Positions 33,040 through 44,898 of a stretch of 64,000 nucleotides of DNA are shown one piece after another (within the stretch, counting starts at the first letter, position 1; each line of letters opens with the position of its first letter). This DNA comes from Thermoplasmata archaeon (lineage in GTDB: Archaea > Thermoplasmatota > Thermoplasmata > UBA10834): contig JACZKW010000047.1 in the NCBI GenBank assembly GCA_014859835.1, positions 2,723-66,722 of the forward strand, written 5' to 3'. The translations under genes were made by a program, and so were the position numbers. The notes under the pieces are model-generated. The model was not told the DNA's origin. It did not search any database and saw only the letters and a list, made by a program, of their open reading frames with translations.

Positions 33040-33043
33040 CCTT

Positions 33044-33110
33044 CATGCGTGCATATGCGCATGCGCCCGGCAATGACGAGTGCGCATGGACGTGAGCCTG
33101 CGCATGCGTG
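33044..33110. repeat. three copies of palindromic TGCGCATG(CG) within ~55 bp in the hdrA 3' / small-ORF 5' intergenic region
   Basis: tgcgcatgcgc at 33056-33066, tgcgcatg at 33081-33088, tgcgcatgcg at 33099-33108; GCATATGC palindrome adjacent; TATA-like ATTTATAT at 33131-33138. Confidence 0.45.
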
Positions 33111-33193
33111 ACTCCAGCCTGAGTAAACCTATTTATATCCAGATTTCCCATAGGAATCTATACTCCTCGCCTGGCCGAGCGCAGAGGTGTACT

Positions 33194-33361
33194 ATGCAGA
33201 AAAGGGTTCTGATTAAGATAAAGAAAGACGGCACAGAGCTCAGCCTGCGCGAGGTGCTCGAGAAGATCAAGGAGCTGCAGGACCAGAACCCTGATCTGGA
33301 TGTTTTCTTCGACGGGGACGAATATGCGATTTGCAGCAGACCAAGGGACGCTTCCCAATAA
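33194..33361 (+). CDS. small hypothetical protein (55 aa)
   Basis: ATG preceded by GAGGTG and a TATA-like box ~60 bp upstream; ORF-track version (33080) starts inside the repeat region. Confidence 0.3.
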   Translation: MQKRVLIKIKKDGTELSLREVLEKIKELQDQNPDLDVFFDGDEYAICSRPRDASQ

Positions 33362-33419
33362 CCGTGATCCGGCCGGCCATCGATGCCTCTCCCGGCTTCT
33401 GCACGAGGATGTGTGACAC

Positions 33420-33950
33420 ATGCCTGGGCGAGTCACGATCGGTCTCTTCAATTCCTACGACCCAGTGAAGTTCCGTGAGGCTCACAGGCGCGTCTTGGCA
33501 AGAGCCGGGCCGCTCGCGCTTGCATTCGATTGCAACCTCGCCACGTTCGGTTTCCCTTACGATATGGAGCTGTCAACCCCGGTCGAAATAGCCAAATGGG
33601 TCTCGACCACGACTACCATCGGGGAGAGTGGGGGATATCTCGTGGAACTCTCGGAGAAGGGTAGATTCTCGTGCTTCGATTTCCCAAAGAAAGGCTTCCC
33701 TCCACAGATGGGTGAAGTGATCATCACCACAAGGAAACCGCAGCCTGCGAATGCAGCGTCGACCGCTCAGGTGAGGTCTATGGTCGCATCTGGGAAATCA
33801 GCGTTGCTCGTATTCGGTCTGGGCCCTCATGGGTTGCCAAAAGATGTGTTCAACATGGCTCGCATGCACATGGACATCACTGGCCGCGGTTTATCTCTGG
33901 AAACTTGCACCGCATTAGGAGCCGTCATCGGATCGCTTCTAGGCAGATGA
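33420..33950 (+). CDS. SPOUT-like putative RNA methyltransferase-family protein
   Basis: C-terminal ALLVFGLGPHGLPKDV...DITGRGLSLETCTALGAVIGSLLG resembles SpoU/TrmH knot region. Confidence 0.35.
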   Translation: MPGRVTIGLFNSYDPVKFREAHRRVLARAGPLALAFDCNLATFGFPYDMELSTPVEIAKWVSTTTTIGESGGYLVELSEKGRFSCFDFPKKGFPPQMGEVIITTRKPQPANAASTAQVRSMVASGKSALLVFGLGPHGLPKDVFNMARMHMDITGRGLSLETCTALGAVIGSLLGR

Positions 33951-33970
33951 TGATCGAAACGGTGATTCAA

Positions 33971-34981
33971 TCAATATACGGTGTATTCGAGTTCCAATTC
34001 CGGGACAATGACACTCCCGCTCTTGGTCACGCGACCTATGATCTTGGCACCTTTGCCTGCAGTCCTCAGAACATCGTCGGCTTCCTTTCCCCTGACCACG
34101 ATACAGAATCCCATGCCCATGTTGAATGTCTGATACATCTCCTGGTCAGTGACATTCCCCAGCTCCTGGAGCACTTCGAACACAGGATTCGGGGTGATCG
34201 GATCCGTTATCTGGAACCCTACCCCGTTCTTCAGCCTCAAAAGATTCCGCAATCCGCCACCGGTAATGTTTGCCATTCCTTTGACTTGGTGCTTCCCGAT
34301 GATCTTCAGGACCTGTTTGACATAGATCGTGGTCGGTTCCAGGAGTTCAAGACCGATCGGTCTCGCGAGTCCCTTGACTCTCTTCCGATATCCAATCCCG
34401 TTCCTCTCGATTATCTTCCTGGCGAGTGCCAATCCATTCGAATGGATCCCTGAGCTCGGCAGTCCTATGAGTGCGTCACCAGGCCTTATCCCCGCGCCTG
34501 TTATGATGCGTTTCTTGTCAACGATCCCAAGGCACGTCCCTGCAAGGTCGAGCCCATTCACGAGTTCTGGGAGGACCGCGATCTCGCCGCCAACTATGGT
34601 CATGTTGGACATGCGCGCGCCTTTCTCTAGCCCCTTACCTATCTCGGAGGTGACCCTGGCGTCTGGTCGGTCGATCGCTATGTAGTCTACGAATGCGATC
34701 GGTTCAGCGCCGACGCAGATGGTATCGTTCACGTTCATCGCTATGCAATCGATTCCGATCGTGTCCCATTTCTTCAGCGCGTCTGCAATTAGCAGCTTGG
34801 TGCCGACCCCATCCGTGCACAGTGTGAGCGCTCGGTCCCCAAGGTCGAGCAATCCTGCAAAATGACCTGGAATGTCGAGAGGCTTCCCGACGCCTTTTCT
34901 CTTGTACTTCAGATGCTCGACAAGGGCGTTTATGCTGCTCGATTTCTTGTCTATATCGACTCCAGCCTGCGCATAGGTCAT
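33971..34981 (-). CDS. purM: phosphoribosylformylglycinamidine cyclo-ligase (AIR synthetase)
   Basis: MTYAQAGVDIDKK..., GGLRNL; start set to ATG 34981 (family-typical N-terminus), ORF track extends to 35020. Confidence 0.9.
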   Translation of the reverse strand: MTYAQAGVDIDKKSSSINALVEHLKYKRKGVGKPLDIPGHFAGLLDLGDRALTLCTDGVGTKLLIADALKKWDTIGIDCIAMNVNDTICVGAEPIAFVDYIAIDRPDARVTSEIGKGLEKGARMSNMTIVGGEIAVLPELVNGLDLAGTCLGIVDKKRIITGAGIRPGDALIGLPSSGIHSNGLALARKIIERNGIGYRKRVKGLARPIGLELLEPTTIYVKQVLKIIGKHQVKGMANITGGGLRNLLRLKNGVGFQITDPITPNPVFEVLQELGNVTDQEMYQTFNMGMGFCIVVRGKEADDVLRTAGKGAKIIGRVTKSGSVIVPELELEYTVY

Positions 34982-35081
34982 ACCTTTTGGCACTGGGTTC
35001 GCCTCTAATCTGCATTGCATACCACTTCTATACTTTTTGCCTTCCCGGTGGGAATCAATAAATCCGATCGAGGGAATGGGG

Positions 35082-35714
35082 ATGGTCGTGTCGAAGCAAT
35101 GGCGGGCCCAGCGTAAGAGGGATTATTACTACCGCAAGGCCAAGGAGGAGCAATATAGGAGCAGGGCGTCCTACAAGCTTCTGCAGTTGAACGAACGCTT
35201 CGGGATGATCCATCCTGGCGACACGGTGGTCGACCTCGGGGCCTCTCCTGGAGGTTGGTCACAGGTGGCGGTCGAGCTCGTAGGCGAGGGATCGAGAGTG
35301 TTCGCTCTGGATATGGACCGCTTTGTTCCGATTGATGGGGTCACATTCATACGAGGGGACATCCGAGATGCCGATGTCGTCGCTGGCCTTCTCGAACTCA
35401 TACCTGAGGGTGTGGATGTCGTGATATCTGATATGGCGCCAAACATAAGTGGCAACTATTCATACGACCACGCCCGATCGATCGAACTATGCGAACACGC
35501 TCTCAGGTTCGCCTCCACAGTACTGAAACCGAACGGCAATTTTGTTGCGAAGATGTTCTTCGGGGATCTAAGCAAGGATTATGTCGCGTCCGTGAAACGC
35601 TTGTTCTATAGTGTGAACGTCCATCATCCACGCGCTTCTAGAAAGACGAGCTCAGAGGTCTATGTCATCGGCCTGGGGTCAAGGAAACCGCGGTCTAATC
35701 CCAGAACCTCTTAG
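35082..35714 (+). CDS. rlmE: 23S rRNA (uridine-2'-O)-methyltransferase RlmE/FtsJ
   Basis: SRASYKLLQLNERFGMIHPGDTVVDLGASPGGWSQV, DMAPNISG; GAGGG 7 nt upstream of ATG 35082. Confidence 0.85.
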   Translation: MVVSKQWRAQRKRDYYYRKAKEEQYRSRASYKLLQLNERFGMIHPGDTVVDLGASPGGWSQVAVELVGEGSRVFALDMDRFVPIDGVTFIRGDIRDADVVAGLLELIPEGVDVVISDMAPNISGNYSYDHARSIELCEHALRFASTVLKPNGNFVAKMFFGDLSKDYVASVKRLFYSVNVHHPRASRKTSSEVYVIGLGSRKPRSNPRTS

Positions 35715-38439
35715 TCCTGGCATAGGTTATCTCCGCCGCCAGGAGGTCTCTTAGGAATTCGTACTCCTCCATGTGACATCGAGCGAGTATCCTCGCTGCC
35801 GTGTCCACACCCACTCCTCTTCCTACGAGGGCCATCACCGCCTTCTTCCCATGAGCCGTGACCAAGTTGGCGTTCTTGTATATCCTCTTCAGAGTCTTCC
35901 GATCCTCTTCACTCGCGGTCCCTTTCTTGAGTATCTTCAAATCCTTCTTCACGTATGGCTGTATCGCAGCGATGACGACTCCACCGCATTTGCTGCACGA
36001 GATTCTTTCAGGAAGGTTTGCGACCTTTCCCTTCCGTTGACTCCTGCAATTCATGCAGACCATCACGATCTCCTCGGCCTGCAATCTGTCACTCAGTGCT
36101 ATCAGCACGGTCTTGTCTGCCCTCTGCGGCTGGACGATATGCCTTCTCTCGCCTATGGCCTCGAACCCCATCGGCGACAGCTTGCCGGTGACCAGCTCTA
36201 TCGCCCCCTCTTGGATGCGTTTGAGCACGGTCGCCGTGCCTTCGACATCCATGTTCTCCCATAGGGTCTTGGCGATCGCCTCCTCGAACATCGGCGAGTA
36301 TTCGAACACGTCGACCAGCTTCGAAACGTTGAGCATTTTATAGTCAGCATCCTTCCGAACCGCGCCGAACTTCTTGGCTACATGTACGAACTGCCAACGC
36401 AGATCGGAAGAGTTCCTGACGATCAGCCTCATCAGCTGGTGCAGGGTCGATACGTCTGTCTCCTTGATCACTCGGACCACGTCGCTCACTCCTAGTCCTC
36501 TCGGTGTCTCAAGCACGATGGAATATGGCTCCGTGTTCACACCGATGCTCTCACCGAACCGCGCTGCAAGCAATGCGGTGATCAGCTTCGCGATGGTCTC
36601 ATTGACCTTGGTGCCGAAGCAGCAGTTGATGACTATCACACCGTCTCCCTGTTCGATCGTGATCAACTTATCGCTCGGAACGACATGGTCCTTCTGACCA
36701 GACACCCATTTGGTGATCTCCTTCTTGGTCGTCTCGTCAGCCGGATATATGTCCAGCGGCAGGAGCCGCCGCATGGCACCGACCTCTTGCGCGATTTCAT
36801 ATGGGACCGGTATCTCTTCGCCTATCCAGGATGGGGTCGCCCCGATCTCGTTGATCTGCTCAACGATGACTTCATCCTCTCCGACCTCCACCACCCTCCA
36901 AGTCCTTCCCCTCGCGACGAATGTGGCATATGGTTCAGCGTAGCTGGCAACGAAACTCTCATCGAGGGTTCCGATGATACTTCTCGAGGATACGTCTCTG
37001 ATCTTGTAGGTGCGCTCATCTGGTATCATAGAGATGTTGTCGAAGAAATGTCTCATCCCTGTGGTCTTGCGGCGGAATTGGTTTTCGTCGTTCCAGATGA
37101 TGTGCAGCTCTCCCAATAGGCGCAGCACCTCGTCAAAATCCTTTCTTATGAGGTTCCTGAATGGGTAAGCTCTCCGGACGGTCGTGTACGCCCATTCCTT
37201 GTCCACCTTCGGTTCGGTCATCGTCATAGCGACGATCTGATTGGCCAGGACGCTGAGTGGATTCTGCCTTATCCGATAGCGCTCGAGCTCCTCTACCATC
37301 GCCTTCCTCGCTATCACCATGCTCTCCGCGGTTTCCGAAGGTGTCGTCGTTATGATCTTGCCAAAGGAGACGGCATCGTGTCGGTGTCCCGACCGGCCAA
37401 CTCTCTGGATCAGCCTCGTGACCTGTCTCGGGGAGTTGAACTGTAGCGTGAAATCGGCGGAGCCCACGTCAATCCCGAGTTCGAGCGACGATGTGCATAT
37501 CAATGCCTTGAGCTTCTGCGATTTGAAATCGTCCTCCATCTGCACTCGAATGTCTTTCGACAGAGAACCGTGATGCACGCCCACAGTGAACGACTCGTCC
37601 CAAAGGTGGTATCTGACTCCCAATGCCTCTGCGTAGTCTCTCGTGTTGACGAAGAATAGGGTGGAAGTGTTCTCCTCTACCAGTTGCCTGCTTCTCTTCA
37701 TGCAGGCCACATGCTTCTGATCGGTCTGAAGCCGGTCCGCCAGCGATTTGTCGCCGTCCTCCACGGCCGGGCTTTCGACGGATATCCTCATATCCTTCAT
37801 GGCCGAGATCCTGAGTGAAGTGACCGTCCTTCCCTCTCCCGCGAGGTACGCTGATATCTCATCCACTGAACCTACGGTTGCCGAGAGTCCGATCCGCTGG
37901 AACTCCCCCGCGAGGTGCGCGAGCCTCTCCAGGGCAACCGACAGTTGAGCACCCCTTTCGTCCTCCGCGAGTTCGTGTATCTCATCGATTATGACGTGCT
38001 TTACGCCGCCCAGATGCTTTCTCAGGTTGCGGCCAGTGAACATTATTTGGAGTGTCTCGGGCGTGGTTATGAGAACATCTGGAGGATTCTTCGATTGCGC
38101 CGTCCGTTCAGATTGTGAAGTGTCGCCGTGCCTCACAGCGACCTTGAGTCCGACGGCATCACCTATCTCCTCAAGGCGCTTGAGAAGATCCCGATTGAGA
38201 GCTCTGAGGGGTGTCACGTATACGCACCTGATGCCCTCCCTCTTCCCCGTACTGAGCATGTGCAGTATGGGAAGCATCGCAGCCTCGGTTTTCCCTATGC
38301 CCGTTGGGGCAACGAGCAACACGTGCTCTCCTGCAAGGATCGGAGGTATCGCCTTCGTCTGCGGCTCAGTGGGCGCGAGGAACCCTCGATTCGCGAGAAG
38401 ATCCTGGATCCTCCTATCCAGTCTCTGGAAGACGTTCAT
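35695..38439 (-). CDS. lhr: Lhr-family large ATP-dependent helicase (DEAD/DEAH box)
   Basis: TEPQTKAIPPILAGEHVLLVAPTGIGKTEAAMLP, DEIHEL, ~900 aa with Lhr-type C-terminal extension. Confidence 0.85.
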   Translation of the reverse strand: MNVFQRLDRRIQDLLANRGFLAPTEPQTKAIPPILAGEHVLLVAPTGIGKTEAAMLPILHMLSTGKREGIRCVYVTPLRALNRDLLKRLEEIGDAVGLKVAVRHGDTSQSERTAQSKNPPDVLITTPETLQIMFTGRNLRKHLGGVKHVIIDEIHELAEDERGAQLSVALERLAHLAGEFQRIGLSATVGSVDEISAYLAGEGRTVTSLRISAMKDMRISVESPAVEDGDKSLADRLQTDQKHVACMKRSRQLVEENTSTLFFVNTRDYAEALGVRYHLWDESFTVGVHHGSLSKDIRVQMEDDFKSQKLKALICTSSLELGIDVGSADFTLQFNSPRQVTRLIQRVGRSGHRHDAVSFGKIITTTPSETAESMVIARKAMVEELERYRIRQNPLSVLANQIVAMTMTEPKVDKEWAYTTVRRAYPFRNLIRKDFDEVLRLLGELHIIWNDENQFRRKTTGMRHFFDNISMIPDERTYKIRDVSSRSIIGTLDESFVASYAEPYATFVARGRTWRVVEVGEDEVIVEQINEIGATPSWIGEEIPVPYEIAQEVGAMRRLLPLDIYPADETTKKEITKWVSGQKDHVVPSDKLITIEQGDGVIVINCCFGTKVNETIAKLITALLAARFGESIGVNTEPYSIVLETPRGLGVSDVVRVIKETDVSTLHQLMRLIVRNSSDLRWQFVHVAKKFGAVRKDADYKMLNVSKLVDVFEYSPMFEEAIAKTLWENMDVEGTATVLKRIQEGAIELVTGKLSPMGFEAIGERRHIVQPQRADKTVLIALSDRLQAEEIVMVCMNCRSQRKGKVANLPERISCSKCGGVVIAAIQPYVKKDLKILKKGTASEEDRKTLKRIYKNANLVTAHGKKAVMALVGRGVGVDTAARILARCHMEEYEFLRDLLAAEITYARTKRFWD

Positions 38440-38688
38440 CTACTCTGACTCAGTCCACATTTGGGTATAAAACCTTCCGCCTTAGGTGGATGAATATCCC
38501 TCGTCTTGCTTCGATAATTATCGCTTCGGCAATGGTCTAATCGCATGGAATGCACTCCCTCGGGTTCATCCACATTTGCGAACGTAACTCTTATGTATAT
38601 TCTTTGATCCGTCAGTATAGTTCTAATCTTGTACCAAAACGACTATCTATCGCTACTTTCGATTTGCGACCAACGAGGGGGAAAAACC

Positions 38689-39984
38689 TTGAGAAGGAGA
38701 ATATCTGGAATAGCTGTATCTATGCTCATGCTGATTGCTGCCATATCCATGGCAAGCATTGCTGGGCTTGCGAAACCTGACTTCATGAACAAAATGATGG
38801 CTGGGCCATCCGATGACGTAGCCGAGTGGACTATAATGGTCTACTTGGACGGTGACAACAATCTTCAGCCCGACGCATTGAACGATCTCGCAGAGATGGA
38901 AGTCGTCGGATCGGTCGGTGATGTCAACGTGATCGTCATGATGGATACCTTTGATGCTATCGAGGGCACGCACTGGTACTTCATCGAAGCTGGCAGTGAT
39001 CATGTCAATGTCGAAGAGGGGATAAATGCCTGCGAATGCGAAGCGATAGCTGGCGGATGCCCGGGCGAGCTCAACATGGGTGATCCCGCGACGCTCACTC
39101 ACTTCCTCGAGACTGCCGTCGCATATGCACCTGCCGATCATTACATGCTCGACCTATGGGACCACGGCGGTGGCTGGTGGGGCGTCTGCTATGACGACAG
39201 CTCCGTATCTGAGATTGGCTACAAAGACCGGTTGATCATGGATGAAGTTGCGAACGCTGTCGAGGCATCGGGCGTGCATCTCGATATCATCGGATATGAT
39301 GCATGTTTCATGGGAATGGTCGAGATAGCCTATGAGAACAGGAACATCGCGGATTACATGGTCGCATCGATCACCACCGTACCTGGTCTCGGTTGGGATT
39401 ACACTGGATTGTTGAACTCGATTCAGGCGCTGGATGAGAAGACTGCTGAGGCGGTCTCAAATTCGACCGTTGATGCGTACATAACATCGTACGAGATCTG
39501 CGCCGGCAGCGGAATCGCAGGTTATCCGTATGTCAGCGCGTCGGTGTTCGACTTGTCGAAGGTCAATGACCTCGCGGTTTATGGTATCGATCCATTGGCC
39601 GAGGCGCTTCTGGATTTCGCGGACGACTACTACCTGAGAGGAGCTATTGAATCTTCTGAATCACGGACGCCTCAGCTGCAGTTCGCGGGCGAGCAATTCC
39701 CGTTCGTGGACATCGGTTGGTTTGTTACGCTCATGGCCGACAAGATACCAGGCCTGGAAGCACTCTGTGACAATACCTTCGCGCTGCTCGACGAAGCGGT
39801 CGTTCATGTGAGCTCGGTCACATCAGATTACGGCGGTGTCCTTGACACCTACGGCATGTCGATCTACTTCACATGCTCGTGGGACAAACTGTACGAGAAC
39901 TACTTGACCAGCAATCTCGACCTTGTTGACGACACGCTCTGGGACGAGTTCCTGTTCGCGTTCTCGATGGTATACGTCGAGTGA
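38689..39984 (+). CDS. secreted clostripain-like (peptidase C11) cysteine protease
   Basis: MVYLDGDNNL, DLWDHGGGWWG (His region), IGYDACFMG (Cys); N-terminal signal/anchor; probable TTG start at 38689 preceded by GAGGGGG. Confidence 0.7.
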   Translation: MRRRISGIAVSMLMLIAAISMASIAGLAKPDFMNKMMAGPSDDVAEWTIMVYLDGDNNLQPDALNDLAEMEVVGSVGDVNVIVMMDTFDAIEGTHWYFIEAGSDHVNVEEGINACECEAIAGGCPGELNMGDPATLTHFLETAVAYAPADHYMLDLWDHGGGWWGVCYDDSSVSEIGYKDRLIMDEVANAVEASGVHLDIIGYDACFMGMVEIAYENRNIADYMVASITTVPGLGWDYTGLLNSIQALDEKTAEAVSNSTVDAYITSYEICAGSGIAGYPYVSASVFDLSKVNDLAVYGIDPLAEALLDFADDYYLRGAIESSESRTPQLQFAGEQFPFVDIGWFVTLMADKIPGLEALCDNTFALLDEAVVHVSSVTSDYGGVLDTYGMSIYFTCSWDKLYENYLTSNLDLVDDTLWDEFLFAFSMVYVE

Positions 39985-40065
39985 TTCTGTCCAGGATCGA
40001 CGAAACCTCTTAATCAATTCATTTCCCGGGAGGGCAAAGCCTCCAACCTACCGGGCTTTTCGTGA

Positions 40066-41448
<1,383 letters not shown>

Positions 41449-41839
41449 TCTCGTCTACCAGGGTTCTGCAATCCGTGCTCGCGAGAGCTCGATCATACTT
41501 TTGATGTCGATAGCGGAAGCCTGCCTCCGAATTCGAGAGAATTCGAAATTCATATGAACACTATATTGGTGCAAGAGTGGGCAATCGTCATTTATCAAAG
41601 TCATATTCGCGACATACAATCTATATATTGCAAGAAGAATGGGCATAATGATAATCATGGGATTGGGCACTTTCCCGTGACGCAACCAGCCACTCCCGAG
41701 GTCGTTTGTCCTTATCGAAGGATGGAAACGCTGACCAAGTGGAATGGCCAACCTGCGCTGTCGAATCGAGGTGATCTATGTGAATGCGAAAGACAGAACG
41801 ACCATTGGATCGAACAATGGCTCCTGTGGGAATGATGGA

Positions 41840-43093
41840 ATGCATGCTGGAACGAATTCTGTTGGCTCAGGGAGTCCTCGTCTCGGGGAAGTGCGCATCG
41901 TCGACACCACTTGCCGCGACGGAGAGCAGATGCCAGGAGTCGCATTCACAGGTGATGACAAGTTGATGATCGCCGGCGGGTTGCAGCAGATAGGGGTTGA
42001 ACAGATCGAGACATTCGCGACCTACAACGACAGCGACAGGAAATGCGCGAAGCAGCTCCGGGCACAGATGGGAAGCATATCGATAATGGGCTGGAACAGG
42101 CTCGTCAAGACCGATATCTCCGATTCCATCGGCCACGATGTCGATGCGGTCTCCATATCTACAGATACTTCCGACATCTCGCTATCGACAAAGCTCAAGA
42201 TCACCAGGGAGCAACAGCTCTCTCGTCTGGTCGATTGCATCGAGTTCGCGAAGGGTCATGGAGTATACGTCTGCTTCAATGCTGGAGATGCTACGAGGAC
42301 GGATCTGAGTTATCTCATCGAATTTGCAGAGACTGGGCTGGATGCGGGTGCCGATCGGTTCAGAATATGCGATACAATCGGCATCCTAACACCTTCGACT
42401 TCAGCAAGGCTCGTCCATTCTCTCATGTCACGTGTTGATATCGATTTGGAATTCCACGCTCACAATGATTTCGGACTCGCCGTCGCAAATGCACTCTCCG
42501 CATGCGAGGCTGCTTCAGCCTTTGATGGTCGTCGGATATGGATATCGACGACGATCAATGGTCTGGGTGAGCGTGCGGGGAATGTCCCACTCGAGGTGCT
42601 GGTGATGAACCTGAGAACACATTATGGCCTAGCGAAGTACAACGCGGAACACATAGTGCCTCTTTGCAGGAGCGTCGAGCACGCCAGCGGTCTCCGCATC
42701 CCACTGAACTATCCGATCGTGGGTGGAAACATGTTCACCCACAAGTCCGGGATACACGTCGATGGCATTCTGAAAGACCCTCACCTCTACGAGGCATTCG
42801 ATCCATCCATCCTCGGCGTCTCGAGACAAATCGTCATAGGCAAGCACTCTGGCAGTGCGTCCATCAAACACAAGCTTAAGCTGCTTGAGCTGGACGCTTC
42901 AGCTGATGCAGTGGAACGGATTCGGATAGAGGTCAATCGAGTAGGGGAGCTCAAGAAGGACAATCTTTCTGATTCCGAGCTGATTGCGATTTACAGAAGC
43001 ATCGTGGAGGATGGCGCGTTCAGGGACTCTACCCACGCCGACATTGAGAAGCGGATTTCCGCAGTCGATGCTAACATCGAGTGGAAACACTGA
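41840..43093 (+). CDS. LeuA/CimA/NifV-family 2-oxoacid:acetyl-CoA condensing enzyme, short form without regulatory domain
   Basis: VRIVDTTCRDGEQ, HAHNDFGLAVANAL; ~417 aa lacking the LeuA C-terminal regulatory domain. Confidence 0.8.
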   Translation: MHAGTNSVGSGSPRLGEVRIVDTTCRDGEQMPGVAFTGDDKLMIAGGLQQIGVEQIETFATYNDSDRKCAKQLRAQMGSISIMGWNRLVKTDISDSIGHDVDAVSISTDTSDISLSTKLKITREQQLSRLVDCIEFAKGHGVYVCFNAGDATRTDLSYLIEFAETGLDAGADRFRICDTIGILTPSTSARLVHSLMSRVDIDLEFHAHNDFGLAVANALSACEAASAFDGRRIWISTTINGLGERAGNVPLEVLVMNLRTHYGLAKYNAEHIVPLCRSVEHASGLRIPLNYPIVGGNMFTHKSGIHVDGILKDPHLYEAFDPSILGVSRQIVIGKHSGSASIKHKLKLLELDASADAVERIRIEVNRVGELKKDNLSDSELIAIYRSIVEDGAFRDSTHADIEKRISAVDANIEWKH

Positions 43094-43110
43094 CAGGAGT
43101 ATGATGACGC

Positions 43111-44367
43111 ATGGGGAAGACCATCGCTGAAAAGGTACTGTCATCTCATTCTGGGTCGGATTGCCGTCCGGGGGATATAGTGGTCGCGGATGTCGACTTC
43201 TGCATGTCCCAGGACGGGACCTCGTCGATGATGATGAGTGAACTCCATTCGATGGGGTTCGTTTCTCCGAAAACGAAGCGCGGAATGGCCATGGTGATAG
43301 ATCACAATTCACCATGCCCATCAGCGGATGTCTCTGTGATCCACAAAGCCATCCGTAGCTTTGCGGATTCTCATTCAATCCCTCTGCATGATGTCGGGGA
43401 GGGAGTCTGTCACCAGGTCGTTTTGGAGCAGGGGAAGGTGCTCCCGGGGGACCTCGTGATCGGGGCGGATTCTCACACATGCACCTACGGTGCATTGAAC
43501 GCCTGCTCCACTGGGCTCGGGTCAGCCGATGTTGCCGCGGCTGCTTACACTGGCAAACTCTGGTTCAAGGTCCCTGAAACAATGGTCCTTCGAGTGGATG
43601 GAGACTTCGGTCTGATGGTCGGGGCAAAGGATCTCATACTTACCATAATCGGGAAACTCACAGCAGATGGTGCGACGTACAAATCTCTCGAGTTCAAAGG
43701 TACCGCAATAGATTCCATGTGCATGGACAGCAGGATGACCGTCGCTAATATGGTGGTTGAGATGGGGGCCAAGTTCTGTCCGTTCGAGTTCGACTCTACC
43801 ACCGCCAAATGGTTCTCCGAACGGGGTATCCACGCAGAACACGGTCTGTCTTGTGATCCCGATGCACGAGTCGAGAGCGAGATGGATTTCTGCACAGACG
43901 ACATCGTCCCCATGGTTGCGAGACCGCACAGTGTGGATAATGTGTGCCCAGCATCCGAACTCGCAGATGTCCTCGTGCACCAGGTCTTCATCGGCACCTG
44001 CACGAATGGGAGATTGGGTGATCTAGAGGCTGCGGCGCGAATTCTGAAGGGCAGGACCGTGAAGAGGGGGATGCGACTGATCATCGCCCCTGCCTCGAGA
44101 GCGATATTGTTGGATGCCATCGATGCCGGCATCATGCATCAATTGATCAAATCAGGCGCTGTCGTGGTCTCTCCGGGATGTGGGCCTTGTGTCGGCACAC
44201 ATGCTGGCGTACCATCGGATGACGAAACGGTCCTATCTACCGCGAACAGGAACTTCAAAGGACGGATGGGCAACAACAAAGGTGTCAATATCTATCTCTC
44301 TTCTCCGGAGACCGCCGCGGCGACCGCAATCAGAGGTACGATAACGGATCCCAGGGAGGTGATGTAG
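43111..44367 (+). CDS. leuC: 3-isopropylmalate dehydratase / homoaconitase-type large subunit
   Basis: aconitase-family large subunit, Cys ligands (CTNGRL, GCGPCVG). Confidence 0.85.
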   Translation: MGKTIAEKVLSSHSGSDCRPGDIVVADVDFCMSQDGTSSMMMSELHSMGFVSPKTKRGMAMVIDHNSPCPSADVSVIHKAIRSFADSHSIPLHDVGEGVCHQVVLEQGKVLPGDLVIGADSHTCTYGALNACSTGLGSADVAAAAYTGKLWFKVPETMVLRVDGDFGLMVGAKDLILTIIGKLTADGATYKSLEFKGTAIDSMCMDSRMTVANMVVEMGAKFCPFEFDSTTAKWFSERGIHAEHGLSCDPDARVESEMDFCTDDIVPMVARPHSVDNVCPASELADVLVHQVFIGTCTNGRLGDLEAAARILKGRTVKRGMRLIIAPASRAILLDAIDAGIMHQLIKSGAVVVSPGCGPCVGTHAGVPSDDETVLSTANRNFKGRMGNNKGVNIYLSSPETAAATAIRGTITDPREVM

Positions 44368-44892
44368 TTGACGATTCTTCGCGGGCGAGTGCATAGGTTC
44401 GATCCGAACGACAACATCAACACCGACTACATCATCTCGGGGAGATACAAGTTCAAGATAGACGACATCCAGAAGCTGGCCGAGCATGTGATGGAAGACA
44501 TCGACCCTGATTTCGCGAGCAGGATCGAGAAAGGCGACATCATCGTGGCAGGTCGCAATTTCGGATGCGGTTCGAGCCGAGAACAGGCTCCCAGAGCTCT
44601 CAAGGCTGCCGGAGTGTCCGTGATCATAGCAGAGTCTTTCGCACGCATATTCTACAGGAGCGCGTTCAACATCGGTCTTCCTCTGTTGACATGCGAAACT
44701 GGTTGGGTGCGCAGTGGTGACATGATCGAGGTAGACCTGTCGAAAGGCGAGGTTCGCCGGGGATCGACTGGCACAGTCATGTCCACTTCCAGAATCCCGC
44801 AGGTCATGCAGATTCTGTTGTCCGATGGCGGTCTCACGTCTCACATAATGAAACACAATGGTTTCTCATTGGAGACGGATAAGATGGAGTGA
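44368..44892 (+). CDS. leuD: 3-isopropylmalate dehydratase / homoaconitase-type small subunit
   Basis: aconitase swivel domain; TTG start abutting leuC stop. Confidence 0.8.
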   Translation: MTILRGRVHRFDPNDNINTDYIISGRYKFKIDDIQKLAEHVMEDIDPDFASRIEKGDIIVAGRNFGCGSSREQAPRALKAAGVSVIIAESFARIFYRSAFNIGLPLLTCETGWVRSGDMIEVDLSKGEVRRGSTGTVMSTSRIPQVMQILLSDGGLTSHIMKHNGFSLETDKME

Positions 44893-44898
44893 TGATGA

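Noticed and set aside
33080-33361. 93-aa ORF-track version of the small ORF
   Set aside because: Its first 38 codons run through the TGCGCATG palindromic repeats and upstream of the TATA box. The 55-aa version from ATG 33194 with RBS is more plausible, though still low confidence.
35773-38540. Multiple + strand ORFs inside the Lhr helicase gene
   Set aside because: Antisense to a full-length helicase with all motifs in order
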